Translations under genes and position numbers: made by a program
Origin: an uncultured delta proteobacterium
GTDB lineage: Bacteria; Myxococcota; Myxococcia; SLRQ01
Length of the DNA: 64,000 nt
Direction of reading: 5' to 3'
NCBI GenBank assembly: GCA_963727485.1
Contig: CAVSGM010000011.1
Span: 320,001-384,000 of the forward strand
Notes under the pieces: model-generated
What the model was told of the DNA's origin: nothing
The model's input: the letters and a program-made list of their open reading frames with translations, nothing else
Databases searched by the model: none
In this document: positions 32,198 through 42,986 of the stretch, piece by piece
How positions within the stretch are numbered: position 1 is the first letter of the stretch
Layout of the letters: each line of letters starts with the position of its first letter

Positions 32198-35100
32198 CTA
32201 CTGACAGATGTTCGTGCCCGAGCCGGTGTCGAGGCCGCAGGCGGCGTGTCGCCAGTCGTGGACGTCCCGGGTGACGTCGATGACCTCCGACTGCCCGTAG
32301 ATGTCCTGGGTGGTCTTGCTCGAGGCCTCGCTGCCGCTGCTGTCCGCGACGCTGGTCTGCACCTTGCCGGCGTTGGCGCCGGTCCCGATCTGGGAGATGA
32401 CGTTCGGCTGGCGCGGGGGCGCGGGTTCGGTGCCGGTGGTCTTCCGCGACATGTTCTGGTCGCTGGTGCTCACATAGGGGCCGAGGTCGAGGCCGCTCAA
32501 GGCTCCGGTGACGTAGTTGCGGAAGTAGAGGTAGGCGGTCTGCTCGTTGGTGTTCTGCACGCAGGGGCAGGAGTGGGTCGGGGAGCAGACGTCCGCCGGC
32601 GCCGAATCCGCCACCGCCACTGGTACCACCGCAGGCCAGCGGCTTGTTGGGGTTGGGTGCCAGCGTGGCCCAGCCCACGGAGGAGCCGGCGAAGACCCCG
32701 GCGGACGCGGTCCGCTCGGAGACCATGTTGGTGCCGCTGGGGGTGACGTACTTGTAGAACCAGCCGGCATCGATCGAGCTCGCGGTATTCGTCCCGGACG
32801 TCACGTCGACCAGGTCGCTCTCGGTCATCCGCGCCGAGTCGAAGATCCCGGCCGCCGTGGGGTCGTCGAAGGGCGTGTGGTTGAACACCCTCACCGAGTA
32901 GAAGCGGTTGGGCGGCATGCCGTCGGTCTTGACGCACGCCAGGTCCGGGTCGGAGGCGTTGGGGTCGAGGAAGTCGGTCAGCGGCTTGTCGCAGGTGTAG
33001 GCGTTCTTGGTGCTGTCGTAGTGGCACTTGGGGTCGACGAGGAAGTTGGCATCACTCGCCGCCGGCCCGCTGTAGCGGTTGCAGTTGTGGATGTTGGTGT
33101 GGACGTCGAGGTCCAGGTCGGGGCAGCTGTTCATGCTGGCGCCGCTGAGGCTTCCGCTGCCCACCCCGTTCTCCTGATTGCTGGCGGTGTGGTCGGTGTG
33201 GAGCTTGCTCTGCTCGGTGAAGGTGTCGATCGTGATGTTGTCGGTCTTGAGGTCCACGTGGTCACACTGCCCGGAGAGGGCGCAGACCATCGGGTCGTTC
33301 ACCGAGCAGGTGCCGCCGGCGCGGTCCCGGAGCTGGGCGCGGTTCCCGGAGCCGATGTAGGTGCGGAGCAGAGCGCTCTCGGGCATCCAGGTGAGGCTCG
33401 GGGTCTCGAAGAACGGGGCCTGCCACCGCTCGTTGTTGGGGTCGCTGTTCTTGCCCGTGGGCATGAAGAGCCGGCCCGCCGACCACTTTGCGGGGCTGGG
33501 GTCGTGGAACCGCGCGACCCAGAGCTGACCGCCGGTGTCGCCGTCCACCAGGGTGTCGTAGTAGGCGCCATCGGTGCCTGGGGCGAGCATGGCGTTGTCG
33601 CCCCAGCCGGTGAGCGCCGGAGCCGCGGCGAAGCTGTACTTCAGCGCCTTTCGGACCCCGGCCGTGGCCGAGGTGCTCGTGGAATCCCCGAGCCCATTGA
33701 CGCCGCTCTGGGCGCTGCGGGTGAAGTTCCAGACGATCTTCCCGGTCCAGGCGTCGAGGAAGAAGAAGCCGCGGCCCCGGGCCTGGTGGGGGTCGTAGCC
33801 GCCCCCGACGGCGACGATCCAGCGCTCGTCCCAGGGGGTGGACGGCCCGTTGAGCCCCATCCCGCCCGAGGTGGCGTAGCGGATGGGGCCGATGGGCGGC
33901 GGGAGCTGGGCGGTGTCGTTCCAGGACTCGCCGACCTGAACCTCCTCCTGGCCATCGATGCCGTAGTCCTTGTGCCCCGGCCTGGGGAAGAGCCAGAGGA
34001 AGACCGGCTGGTAGTCGGGCTTGCCCGTACCGCTGTCGTACATGCCGCCGTCGGTGACGTCGAGGGCGAAGTAGTGGTGCCCGCCCCGCCGTTCGCCGAC
34101 CACGACCAGGGTGCGGTACTCGTCCGCGGACCGGTGGTGGTCGGGGCTGTTGACGATCCAGGGCTTGGCCGGGTCGATGCCGTCCACCCACACGTCGCGG
34201 ACCCAGGGCGAGCCGTCCACGAAGAGCTGGTGGGGGAAGCCGGCGACGCCGAAGTACTGGAGCTTGGGGAGGAGGTCGGGGGGGATGAAGGCCCAGAGCT
34301 CCTGCCCGGTGCCCTCGTCGTAGCTGCCCGGGGAGTGGCAGGTGTAGGGCAGGGTGGCGCCGGGCCCCGGCTGCCAGTGCCCGGCGTCGAAGGCGTGGAG
34401 CATCCCGTCGTTGCCCCCAACGAGGACGAACTCGTTGCGGTGGCAGATGGGGACGTTGTTGTGGTCCTTGTAGGGCAGGTACGCCGCGGTGGCGTTGTTG
34501 GGGTCGCCTTCCGAGAAGATGGTGTAGGGCGGGGCGCCGGTCCCGGACATCGGCTGCTCGGACTCGCTGAGGGTGAGCAGGTCCTGGGGGCTGCGCAGCG
34601 GCGTGTTCATCATCGACGCCGGGGTCGGCGGGGCCACCAGCACCGGCTGGGAGTGGAAGATGTCGCCCAGCATGTCCGGCCGCTGGGTGCAGGTGGTGGG
34701 GTCGAGGCTGCCATAGGTGCAGCCGAGGACGAAGGCCACCAGGCCCTGGGCGCACTTGTCGAGGGGCTGGCTCACGCCCGCGCTGATCCACAGGGAGCAG
34801 AAGGGGCTCTTGTCCGTGAGGTCCAGGTAGGGGCGGAGCGCAGCGAGGTGGCTCTCGTCGAAGGGAATGCGGTCATCACCCTGGAGCTTTCCATCGGTGT
34901 TGCCGTCGACGACCGTGTACACCCGACGCTGGTCCGGACCGATGCGGGCGACGCCGTTGGCCGAGGTCCCGGTGCCGAGGAGGTCGCTGGCCTCCCACAC
35001 GGGGTTCGCCGCGGTGGAGGTGAGCACGTAGTTGGGGTCGGTGGCCGTGTCGGTGTTCTTGTAGAAGCCGGTGGTCTTGTAGAACTCGCCGAGCTTGAGG

Positions 35101-36716
35101 GTGCCCCCCGAGTTCGCGACGTCGGTCTCGTTGGCGGCGCGCACCGGCGCGCACCCCGCGGGCGGGCCGCTGGCGTAGGAGGCGGCCGTGATGGGGCAGT
35201 CCTTGTCCACCAGGAAGAGGGCGTTCTGCTGGCCGTCCCCGTTGAGGTCGACGCCGAGGGCGAACTCGGAGATGAAGCGGAAGCGGAAGAGGCGCCCGTA
35301 CCAGGGGCCGTCGCGCCGGGGCAGGAGCTTGGGCACGAACACCGACTGGGTGGCCGAGCTCTGGACCTGGGAGAGATTGGCGCTGGTGAAGGTGATGGCG
35401 CGCTTGGCCACCTCCTTGGTGATGCTGCCCATCGCCTTCTCGAGCTCGGTGGCGTTGTCACCGGTGTAGGACTGGCCACCGGAGACCGCGGCGGTCTCGT
35501 CGAGGAGCGGCACGCTGAGACCGAAGCCGATGGTGAACACCGAGACGTGCTGGGGCTCCGGCACGTTGCTCCAGTCGCTGCGCACGTCGTGGTTGAAGAA
35601 CCACCAGGCCACGCGGGGGAGCAGATCCGAGCCACAGGTCGGGCACTGGGGGCTGGTGCCGGTGGAGGTCACGTTCTTGATGTCGCTGGGCACCTCCCAG
35701 CCGTCCCCCGAGGGGAGGCCGTCGGTGATCACCCCGATGGCGTTGAACTGGCAGGACCAGCACACCGACTTGTCGTTGGCGGCGGTCTTGGACTCGTACT
35801 CCGAGTACACCGAGCCGCTGCCGAAGTGGCTCTGGAAGTAGCCGGGATACGTGTAGTACTCCTCGGCGTGGGTAAGGGTGTTGGCCAGCGGAGTCCCGGT
35901 GTGGAAGGCCGCGCGGTCCATGCTCTCCACCTTCATGGACAGAGACTTGCGGTTGCTGTCGAAGTTGGAGGGCGTGGCGCTGGCGTCGGCGAGGTTGCAG
36001 GAGGGGTTGAGGTTCTTTACGATCCAGCCGCTGTAGTCCATGAGGCCCATGCGGATCTCGGCCAGCTTCGGGTCCATCAGGACGTCCTTGAACACCCTCC
36101 GGGCGATCACGTACTTCGGCGGGTAGATGTTGAAGAAGTTGCCGTCGCCGACGACCTCGCCGTACCAGTCGTAGTATCCCTTGGTGTAGATGCACTGCAG
36201 GCACTCGCTCTTGTAGCTCCCGAAGTGCCCGCAGACCGAGCTGATGGGGCCAAGCTCGCCGCTGGAGGCGCTGCCGCCCATGCCCCCCAGGCTGCCCGAG
36301 TAGGCGGTGCCGGCGACGAAGAGCCCCGAGTGGCCGCCCCAGGCGGACACCGTCGGGTCGTAGTCGGGCGCCGGGTTGTTGTAGGTGCAGTTCCAGCTCG
36401 AGTCGCAGGTCGGCTGGTAGGTCGCGTAGCCGACGCTGTTGAACGTCGAGTCACTGCACCCGCGGTCATGCCAGTTGGGCATGTGCGGCATGTCGCGCAT
36501 CGAGCAGGAGTTGTCGAGGATCCACACCAGGTTCGGGGTGGAGCCCGTCTTCTTGGTGAAGAAGTCGTTGTCACCGCCCTCCGCGGGCCACAGGTACATG
36601 TCCATGAGGCTGGCGGCCTGGAGTCGGCAGGCAATGGGGTCCGGCGCGGCCCGGCTGGCGGTGGGCCAGCCGGTGACGAGGAGCAGACCGGCGAGGGCGA
36701 GGAGCTTGGTTCGCAT
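32198..36716 (-). CDS. pilY1: PilY1-family pilus adhesin (about 1500 aa) with VWA-like N-domain; one apparent frameshift near 32605
   Basis: Signal peptide. MIDAS-like LDNSCSM, GTPLA, ITDGLP. PilY1 propeller motifs LGDIFHSQP, VGGNDGMLHAF, GQELWAFIP, FVDGSP, GERRGG, YFALDVT, GGGYD, GDTGGQLW. The Cys-containing C-terminus continues in ORF 32198..32770. Confidence 0.88.
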
Positions 36717-36731
36717 GGCGTCTCCCGGGAC

Positions 36732-37253
36732 CTAGTTGAGCCCGTAGTGAATGGTGAACTCGACCTCTTGCACCCGGCCGCTGTTGTCCTCGCAGCGGGC
36801 GATGATGCGCCTGCAGGAGCCGGCGCCAGCGCCGTTGCGCCCGAGGACCTGGTTGCTGAGGTTGCGGAAGTTGCCCGAGCCCGAGCTGCCCCGGCCGCAG
36901 TTCTGGGGTGAGACCAGCTGTACGTTGGTCACGTTGGTGGCCATCGGCGGCGCGTCGGGATCCCCGCCCGAGGCCACCGTCAGCTTCGAAGGCGACGGGT
37001 CGCTCGCGTTGGCCTGCCCGGTGGTGAGGCTGAAGCTGGTCGGGAAGTTGGCGTTGAGCCGGAGCTGGCTCTGGAGCATCTGCCGGGCCGCCCGGGCGCA
37101 GGCGAGCATGGTGGTGCTGTGGGTCCCGGACGCCGCCGACTCCACCTCCCTCGAGGCGAGGCGCAGGGCCCCGGCTCCGAGGATGAGGAGCACGGCGAGG
37201 ATCACGAGGACGATGATGAGCGTATAGCCGCGGTCGCCTTGGGTTCGATACAT
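36732..37253 (-). CDS. pilX: Minor pilin, PilX-like
   Basis: Prepilin site RG|YTLIIVLVILAVL lacks Glu5, which is typical of PilX/GspK. Directly precedes pilY1. Confidence 0.75.
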   Translation of the reverse strand: MYRTQGDRGYTLIIVLVILAVLLILGAGALRLASREVESAASGTHSTTMLACARAARQMLQSQLRLNANFPTSFSLTTGQANASDPSPSKLTVASGGDPDAPPMATNVTNVQLVSPQNCGRGSSGSGNFRNLSNQVLGRNGAGAGSCRRIIARCEDNSGRVQEVEFTIHYGLN

Positions 37254-37266
37254 GCCCGGGCTCCAA

Positions 37267-38682
37267 TCAGATCATGGGGATGGCGGTGGCGCTGGTATTG
37301 GGGACGTCGACGGTGACCGAGAGCCGCACCCGGCCGTACCCGTCGAGGGGATCGCCGGAGCGATTGTGGTCCTCGATGGAGAAGTCCTTCGGCGGGTCTC
37401 CGCCGTTCTTGTCCACCACCCCATTGCGCATCGCCGGCCGAGCGGTGCGGGCGACGAGGGTGAGGCGCACCTTGACCACGTTCCCCGGCACCGGCGCCTG
37501 GCGCTGGGGTGCGTCGAGGCCACAGGGGAAGAGCGCGGTGCTCTTGTAGAAGCCCTCGGACGAGGAGATTGCCAGGTCCGAGGAGCAGGCCTGGGGGCAG
37601 CACTGGGAGCCGGTGTAGGATGACGGACAGTTCGCGGGGGCACAGGAGCCGCACTCCTGGGTGCTCTGGCAGAGGCCCTCGAGGGGCGCTGGCGTCGTCC
37701 CCCAACCGCCCGTGGCCGTGTCGTAGTAGCTCAGCACCTTGCCCGAGGAGCCGAAGTAGGTCTCGCCGTCCCGGAGGATGTAGGCCACCTGGAGGTCGTC
37801 GATGTCCGCGGCGACCGGCTCGGGCGGATCGATGGTGCTTCCCCCGGGCGTGGTGTCGATGCCCCGGTCGAGGTAGAGGAACGGCCTCTTGCTGGTGGGG
37901 TCGTCGGCGACGAAGAACCGGTAGCGGTTGATGAGATAGGCCGTGGCGAGCCCGCCGGAGATGCACGGAGCCGAGGCGTTGCCCGAGGTGTTCTGGCGGT
38001 ACGGAGTGGCGCTGGAGCTGGAGGCCAGGGGCACGTTCACCGCACCGCCGCCCTTGGACAGCGTGACCGGGGAAATGGCGGTGGTGGCGTAGAAGAAGGT
38101 GTAGGCGCTGGGGCAGGTCACCAGGAGCACCGCGTTGCCGGGGATGGTGGTCTGGTCGCCACTGTGGGCCTCGAGGATCAGCGACCCGGCGGTCGAGCCC
38201 GCGTCGACCTTCCACACATCGCCGAGGAGGCCCGGGGCGGTGCCCGGGGTCGGGGGCACGTAGGAGTGGGTGCTTCGTGCGTAGAAGACCAGCTCGTCGG
38301 TGCCCGGGTGGGTCTTGAGGTTCGTCGGAGGGGCGCCGCCGGCGTCCCAGGGGGCGGTGGCCATGTTGTTGCGGCACGAGAGCCCCGCGCACTGGTACCA
38401 ATCCATGTCGATGGCGAAGGCCGGGCTCATGCCCGCGCCGGCCATGTGGACCAGGCGGCCCATCTGCGTCAGCGCCGCCCGCGCCGAGTCCTCGGTGCGG
38501 CGACCGTTCTCCAGACCCCGGAAGAGCCGGTTCTGGGCCAGGAACCCGGTGATCACCGCCGCCAGGACGATGGCCACCAGGACCGTGGAGATCATCAGCT
38601 CCAGGAGGGTGAAGCCGGCTTGGTGACGACGACGCCGGTGCGTGGCGTCGGGACTCTGTCGATGTGGGCGCATATCGGTCAT
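37267..38682 (-). CDS. pilW: Minor pilin, PilW-like (large, Cys-rich)
   Basis: AG|FTLLELMIS, ARAALTQMGRLVHMAG, VAADIDDLQVAY, VKVRLTLVART. ATG overlaps the pilV stop. Confidence 0.82.
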   Translation of the reverse strand: MTDMRPHRQSPDATHRRRRHQAGFTLLELMISTVLVAIVLAAVITGFLAQNRLFRGLENGRRTEDSARAALTQMGRLVHMAGAGMSPAFAIDMDWYQCAGLSCRNNMATAPWDAGGAPPTNLKTHPGTDELVFYARSTHSYVPPTPGTAPGLLGDVWKVDAGSTAGSLILEAHSGDQTTIPGNAVLLVTCPSAYTFFYATTAISPVTLSKGGGAVNVPLASSSSATPYRQNTSGNASAPCISGGLATAYLINRYRFFVADDPTSKRPFLYLDRGIDTTPGGSTIDPPEPVAADIDDLQVAYILRDGETYFGSSGKVLSYYDTATGGWGTTPAPLEGLCQSTQECGSCAPANCPSSYTGSQCCPQACSSDLAISSSEGFYKSTALFPCGLDAPQRQAPVPGNVVKVRLTLVARTARPAMRNGVVDKNGGDPPKDFSIEDHNRSGDPLDGYGRVRLSVTVDVPNTSATAIPMI

Positions 38683-39353
38683 GGCATCAAGGTCATGAGG
38701 GTGGGGTTGGCGCGGTAGCCGGTGAGGACCACCCGCTGGAAGGTGCCGGTGGTCGTCCGCCAGCGGACCACCACGGAGATGAGGACGCCCTGGATCTTCC
38801 CGCTGCCGTCGGGCTCGTCCTTGACCAGCCAGTAGCGGTTGAAGTCGTCCTTCCCGTTCCCGTTGAAGTCGAGGGTGGGCCGCCCCGAGCCGGGGGCGGA
38901 GACGTTGGTGCTCGCGTAGCCCTGGAAGGGGCACTGGACCTTGGGCTTGGCCATCGAGGCACAGGGATCGCCGCCGGTGGTGAGTGCGTCCACGGCGTCG
39001 AGGTCCGCCTCGTTGTGGTCGTAGTAGGTGTTGACGATCGTGGCCTTGGTGAAGTTGTCCGCCACGTCCCGCATCTCGGCGGCGCCGTCGTTCCCGCCAT
39101 TGCTGTCGGCGAGCAGGGTGGTGCGCGCGGCCGTCCAGGGCACGTGCTCGAGATAGTTCAGGAGATCCCAGGCCACGGTGGTCGCCTGGTCGACCTTCTG
39201 GGCGTGCCCGTCGAAGCCGGCGGCGTAGGTGTGCATGGCCGCCAGGCCCGCGAACCCGATGAGGAAGATCACCGAGGAGATCAGCACCTCGAGGATGCTG
39301 AACCCACGCTCGGAGGGCCGGCCGCGAACGCCGGGACGAGGCCGTCGGTTCAT
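38679..39353 (-). CDS. pilV: Minor pilin, PilV-like
   Basis: RG|FSILEVLISSVIFLIGFAGL, FNRYWLV, ISVVVRW. Contains a DFNGNGKDD motif. Confidence 0.8.
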   Translation of the reverse strand: MNRRPRPGVRGRPSERGFSILEVLISSVIFLIGFAGLAAMHTYAAGFDGHAQKVDQATTVAWDLLNYLEHVPWTAARTTLLADSNGGNDGAAEMRDVADNFTKATIVNTYYDHNEADLDAVDALTTGGDPCASMAKPKVQCPFQGYASTNVSAPGSGRPTLDFNGNGKDDFNRYWLVKDEPDGSGKIQGVLISVVVRWRTTTGTFQRVVLTGYRANPTLMTLMP

Positions 39354-40081
39354 TGGGAGAACTCCGTGCTCAGGCCAAAGGGGAGGGTGATGGTGACCAG
39401 GCTGGCCCCGATGGCGTTCGACTGCGTCACGCCGAGGGCGAGGAGGGCCCCCTTGGGCTGGGGCGTCCCCGACGTGGGCTGGGCCACGCGGACCTGGCCG
39501 TTGGGCATGAACTCGAGCCAGCCGTTGCCGCCGAAGGCCCCCTTGCAGAAGGAGCAGCCGAGGGTGGGGGTCGTCGCGACCGATGAGAGGGTCGTCCCCC
39601 ACCACTTGTAGGCGTCGGGGATGTCGCTCACGGCGGCGAAGGAGCTCGGGGCCACGCCCTTGACCCGAGAGGGGATGTCCAGGACCGTCTGCACCTCGTC
39701 GTGGCGACAGACGCCGGGGCACGATCCGGTCTCCACGTCGGCGCCGGCGGTGGTCTTGATGGTGGCCAGGGTCTTGTTGGTGGCCGGGTCGAAGTTGAGG
39801 TTCCAGTCCCGGTAGACCACCACGTGGGCATCGGCCCCGGCGGTGGCCGCCGGCAGGTAGCCCACCCAGACCGCGGCGTTGTCGGCGAGGGCCCGGTCGC
39901 GCGCGGTCTGGAGGATCGCCGAGATCTGGGACACGGCGTCGCTGAGCTGGGCCTTCGGCCGCATCCCGGTGATTCCGACGGCGGTGATCCCCGCCAGGAT
40001 GCCGACGATCGCGACGGTGACCGCGAGCTCGATGAGGGTGAAGCCGCGTTGGGCGACGGGACGATGTGGCTGCGTGTCCAT
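39350..40081 (-). CDS. fimU: Minor pilin, FimU/FimT-like
   Basis: RG|FTLIELAVTVAIVGILAGI, LQTARDRA, LEFMPNG. First gene of the minor pilin run. Confidence 0.8.
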   Translation of the reverse strand: MDTQPHRPVAQRGFTLIELAVTVAIVGILAGITAVGITGMRPKAQLSDAVSQISAILQTARDRALADNAAVWVGYLPAATAGADAHVVVYRDWNLNFDPATNKTLATIKTTAGADVETGSCPGVCRHDEVQTVLDIPSRVKGVAPSSFAAVSDIPDAYKWWGTTLSSVATTPTLGCSFCKGAFGGNGWLEFMPNGQVRVAQPTSGTPQPKGALLALGVTQSNAIGASLVTITLPFGLSTEFSQ

Positions 40082-40095
40082 TGCCGCGATGGAAC

Positions 40096-40112
40096 TGCAA
40101 CGGACGTGCCCC
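40096..40112 (-). promoter_or_regulatory. Putative sigma54 promoter of the minor pilin-pilY1 operon
   Basis: Minus strand GGGGCACGTCCGTTGCA: GGCAC-N5-TTGCA with exact GG-N10-GC spacing. Confidence 0.65.
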
Positions 40113-40239
40113 CTACCGGCCTCCGAATTCCAGGGGGTTGGGGAGGTGCGGTCCCGACAGCGCTATGAAGCAGATTGCGGCTATGAACGCGCTTGCGATG
40201 TAGGCCCCAGGGCGTCCTGGTAGGTGCAGGTACGCGAGC

Positions 40240-41013
40240 CTACTTGAAGTCGCGCCGCTCGAAGGCGACGACCGCCGCCATCAGGAAGGCCCCGGTGTAG
40301 AGGAGGCCGTAGAGGATGGTGAGCGCCGCCGCGTGGGTCTTCACCTGCTGGTCGTAGGTGATCTGGTGCGCGAGGCTGAAGCGGTCGAGGTTGGGGACCA
40401 CGTAGTAGATGGCGGAGGTGAGCCACTTGACCGCGGCGCTGTGGACCTTCTGCCCGAAGTAGTAGAGGTCGGGGCTGAAGTGGCCGATGAGGTAGAGCCC
40501 CACAGTGGCAAAGGCCGAGAGCGCCGAGCCGGTGAAGGTGGACATGAGGATGGCGAAGGCCACCACCACCGAGAGCTGGGTGAGGGCGAGGACGAAGTAC
40601 CAGAGCAGGGGCGACAGGCTCGGGCGGACCGTGCTGGCGGTGTAGAGCACGACCAGGAGGCTCACGAACATCACCCCCAGGCTCACCAGGAGCACCAGGA
40701 AGAGCCCCAGGAACTTGCCGACGATGAACTGCCACCGGCGGATGGGCTTGGTGACCACCGTGTAGACCGTCTTCCGGTCCACCTCCCGGCTCACCAGGCC
40801 GATGCCCAGGAAGATGGCGAGCAGCGCGCCGAAGAAGTCGATGGCGCCGGTGCCGACGTCCCGGAGCACCCGGTCGAAGGCGGCGATGGTGAGGTTGGTG
40901 AAGATGAAGCTGCTGAGGATGAAGGCCACGGCGAAGAAGAAGATCGAGTAGAAGACCTTGTTCCGCCGGGCCTCCCGGAAGGTGGTGGAGGCGATGCTCA
41001 GGGCAGGGTTCAT
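40240..41013 (-). CDS. pilI: ABC-2-type permease PilI
   Basis: TTFREARRNK, REVDRKTVYTVVTKPIRRWQFIVGKFLG, PNL, FERRDFK. Follows the pilH-like ATPase. Confidence 0.85.
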   Translation of the reverse strand: MNPALSIASTTFREARRNKVFYSIFFFAVAFILSSFIFTNLTIAAFDRVLRDVGTGAIDFFGALLAIFLGIGLVSREVDRKTVYTVVTKPIRRWQFIVGKFLGLFLVLLVSLGVMFVSLLVVLYTASTVRPSLSPLLWYFVLALTQLSVVVAFAILMSTFTGSALSAFATVGLYLIGHFSPDLYYFGQKVHSAAVKWLTSAIYYVVPNLDRFSLAHQITYDQQVKTHAAALTILYGLLYTGAFLMAAVVAFERRDFK

Positions 41014-41990
41014 TCGTTCCCTCCGGCGACCCGGGCGGCCCGGGGGGCGTCGTCGGCCTCGTCGCGGGTGGCGATCTCCTCGATGAAGATGTCCTCCATC
41101 GGGCGGCGCTGGCTCTGGACCGATTCCACCGAGGCCCCGGCCGCGAGCCCCTGGCGGAGGGCGTCGTCCACCGACGCCGAGGCGGGGACGAGCACGGAGA
41201 CGGCGCTCCCCACGGCCCGGGCGCCGTAGTCGGGGAAGAGGCCTGAGATGCGCGCCAGGGGCAGGCCGGAGAACACCACCTCGGTGGCCGCGGCGCCGAC
41301 GTCGAGGAGCTCGCTCACCGGCCCCTCGCGGACGATGCGCCCGGCTATGAGGATGCCCACCCGGTCGCAGACCAGCTCCACGTCGGGGATGATGTGGGTG
41401 GAGAAGAACACGGTCTTCCCCCGCGACTTGAGCTCCAGGATCAGCTCGCGGATCTCCCGGCGGCCGATGGGGTCGAGGCCGGAGACCGGCTCGTCGAGGA
41501 TCACCACCTCGGGGTCGCCGAGGATCGCCTGGGCGATGCCAAGGCGCTGGACCATGCCCTTGGAGTAGCGCCGGACCTGGAGGTTGCCCGCCCGGGCCAG
41601 GCCCACCCGCTCCAGCAGGGTGCCGGCGCGGGTCCGGGCCTCAGCCCGGGAGAGGCCGAGGAGGGCCCCGTAGTGGTGCATCAGCTCATTGCCGGTGAGG
41701 AACTCGTAGAACACGGGGTTCTCCGGCAGGTAGCCGATGCGCCGGCGGGCCGACGGCGTGGAGAGGGGTTCGCCGAAGACCAGGGCGTCGCCGGCGGTGG
41801 GGAGGATGAGCCGGGTGAGGACCTTGATGGTCGTGGACTTCCCGGCACCGTTGGGGCCGAGGAAGCCGTAGATCTCACCGGGGTCGACGTGGAGGTCGAC
41901 GCCCCGTAGGGCCTCCACCTTCTTCAGGCCGGCGAATCCGACGTTGAAGGTCTTGTGGAGGCCGCGAACCTCGATGGCGGGTGTGGTCAT
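41010..41990 (-). CDS. pilH: ABC transporter ATP-binding protein PilH (myxobacterial nomenclature)
   Basis: GFLGPNGAGKST, GYLPENP, YSKGMVQRLG, ILDEPVSGLDPIGR, FSTH. Confidence 0.9.
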   Translation of the reverse strand: MTTPAIEVRGLHKTFNVGFAGLKKVEALRGVDLHVDPGEIYGFLGPNGAGKSTTIKVLTRLILPTAGDALVFGEPLSTPSARRRIGYLPENPVFYEFLTGNELMHHYGALLGLSRAEARTRAGTLLERVGLARAGNLQVRRYSKGMVQRLGIAQAILGDPEVVILDEPVSGLDPIGRREIRELILELKSRGKTVFFSTHIIPDVELVCDRVGILIAGRIVREGPVSELLDVGAAATEVVFSGLPLARISGLFPDYGARAVGSAVSVLVPASASVDDALRQGLAAGASVESVQSQRRPMEDIFIEEIATRDEADDAPRAARVAGGNE

Positions 41991-42889
41991 TTGGGTACCG
42001 TGAACACGTGGAGTCTGCCCCTGCGCAGCGAGGTCGCATAGGCGCGGCCGTGGACGATGGCATAGGTGCCGCCGAGGGGATTGGAGGGCACCCGGGCGAG
42101 GAGGCCCTCCTTCACCAGGTCCTCGATCGAGGCCGGGGGAGCGCCGTGGAGCTGCCGGTACTGGTCGATGGCGGCCTGGATCCGATCGAGGTTCGTCTGG
42201 GAGCGAAGCTCCTGGAGGCGATGCTGCATGCCCGCCCGGATCCTCGGGTCCCGGGTGTTGGCCAGCACCGTCCGGGCATAGGTCTCGGCGGCGTCCACCG
42301 CGCCGGTGGTGGCCAGGAGCCGGGTCACCAGGGCAGAGAGCCAGGGCGGGGAGCCCTTCGCCGCCGCGGCGTGCCGGTAGGCGTCCGCGGCCCCCTTGTA
42401 GTCGGTCCCCAGGATGCCGCGGTTGAAGCCGAGCTGCATCCACATGAACCAGTCGCCGGGGAACCGCTCGAGGCCGCGCTCGAGGATGGCGTTGCTCGCC
42501 GGGACGTTGGCCCAGCGCCAGTGGCCCCGGTTCCAGGGTACCGAAACGCCCCCGAAGCGGTAGGCGTAGTGGAAGTCCGGGTCGAGGGCGTTGACGCGGT
42601 CGATGTAGCGGTGCAGGTCCTTGTACGCGGTCAGTACGTTCAGGGGGCGTCCGTAGTACTGGAGCGCGCCCATCCAGTAGTAGTCGGCGGCCAGGGTGGG
42701 GTGGCCCAGCGACAGGGCCCGGGCCATCCACGCGGGGACGAGGTAGACGGGGCCGGGCATCGCCGCGGACCAGACGATGTCCTTGGCGCTGTCCCGGTGC
42801 TCGACGGTGGTCGAGGTGTAGGTGGCCCCGGCAAGGAGCAGGACCGCGGCGGCGACGCGAAGGGCTTGCACGGGCACTTCCTTCAGCAT
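41987..42889 (-). CDS. pilG: PilG-like (myxobacterial) TPR-like periplasmic protein
   Basis: Signal/TM segment, LAADYYWMGALQYYG, LDPDFHYAY, ILERGLERFP, and a C-terminal 'DLVKEGLL..VPSNPLGGTY' segment. Sits between pilA and pilH as in Myxococcus. Confidence 0.72.
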   Translation of the reverse strand: MLKEVPVQALRVAAAVLLLAGATYTSTTVEHRDSAKDIVWSAAMPGPVYLVPAWMARALSLGHPTLAADYYWMGALQYYGRPLNVLTAYKDLHRYIDRVNALDPDFHYAYRFGGVSVPWNRGHWRWANVPASNAILERGLERFPGDWFMWMQLGFNRGILGTDYKGAADAYRHAAAAKGSPPWLSALVTRLLATTGAVDAAETYARTVLANTRDPRIRAGMQHRLQELRSQTNLDRIQAAIDQYRQLHGAPPASIEDLVKEGLLARVPSNPLGGTYAIVHGRAYATSLRRGRLHVFTVPK

Positions 42890-42921
42890 GCTTCAGGGAT
42901 GGCGGCTCCCCGGCCAGCCGC

Positions 42922-42958
42922 AAGACGGGCCTCCCGACCACGAGGGATCGGGGGGCCC
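42922..42958 (-). terminator. Hairpin after pilA (terminator or stabiliser)
   Basis: Imperfect GGGCCCCCCGATCCC...GGTCGGGAGGCCC stem on the minus strand followed by GTCTT, about 30 bp after the pilA stop. Confidence 0.55.
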
Positions 42959-42986
42959 GGAAGGTACTGACGTCAGGCGTGCCGGA

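Noticed and set aside
32547..36911. Long antisense ORFs (also 15897-20267, 23020-26076, 58796-62200 and others)
   Set aside because: They are shadow ORFs opposite well-supported genes, expected at this GC content, with no recognisable motifs.
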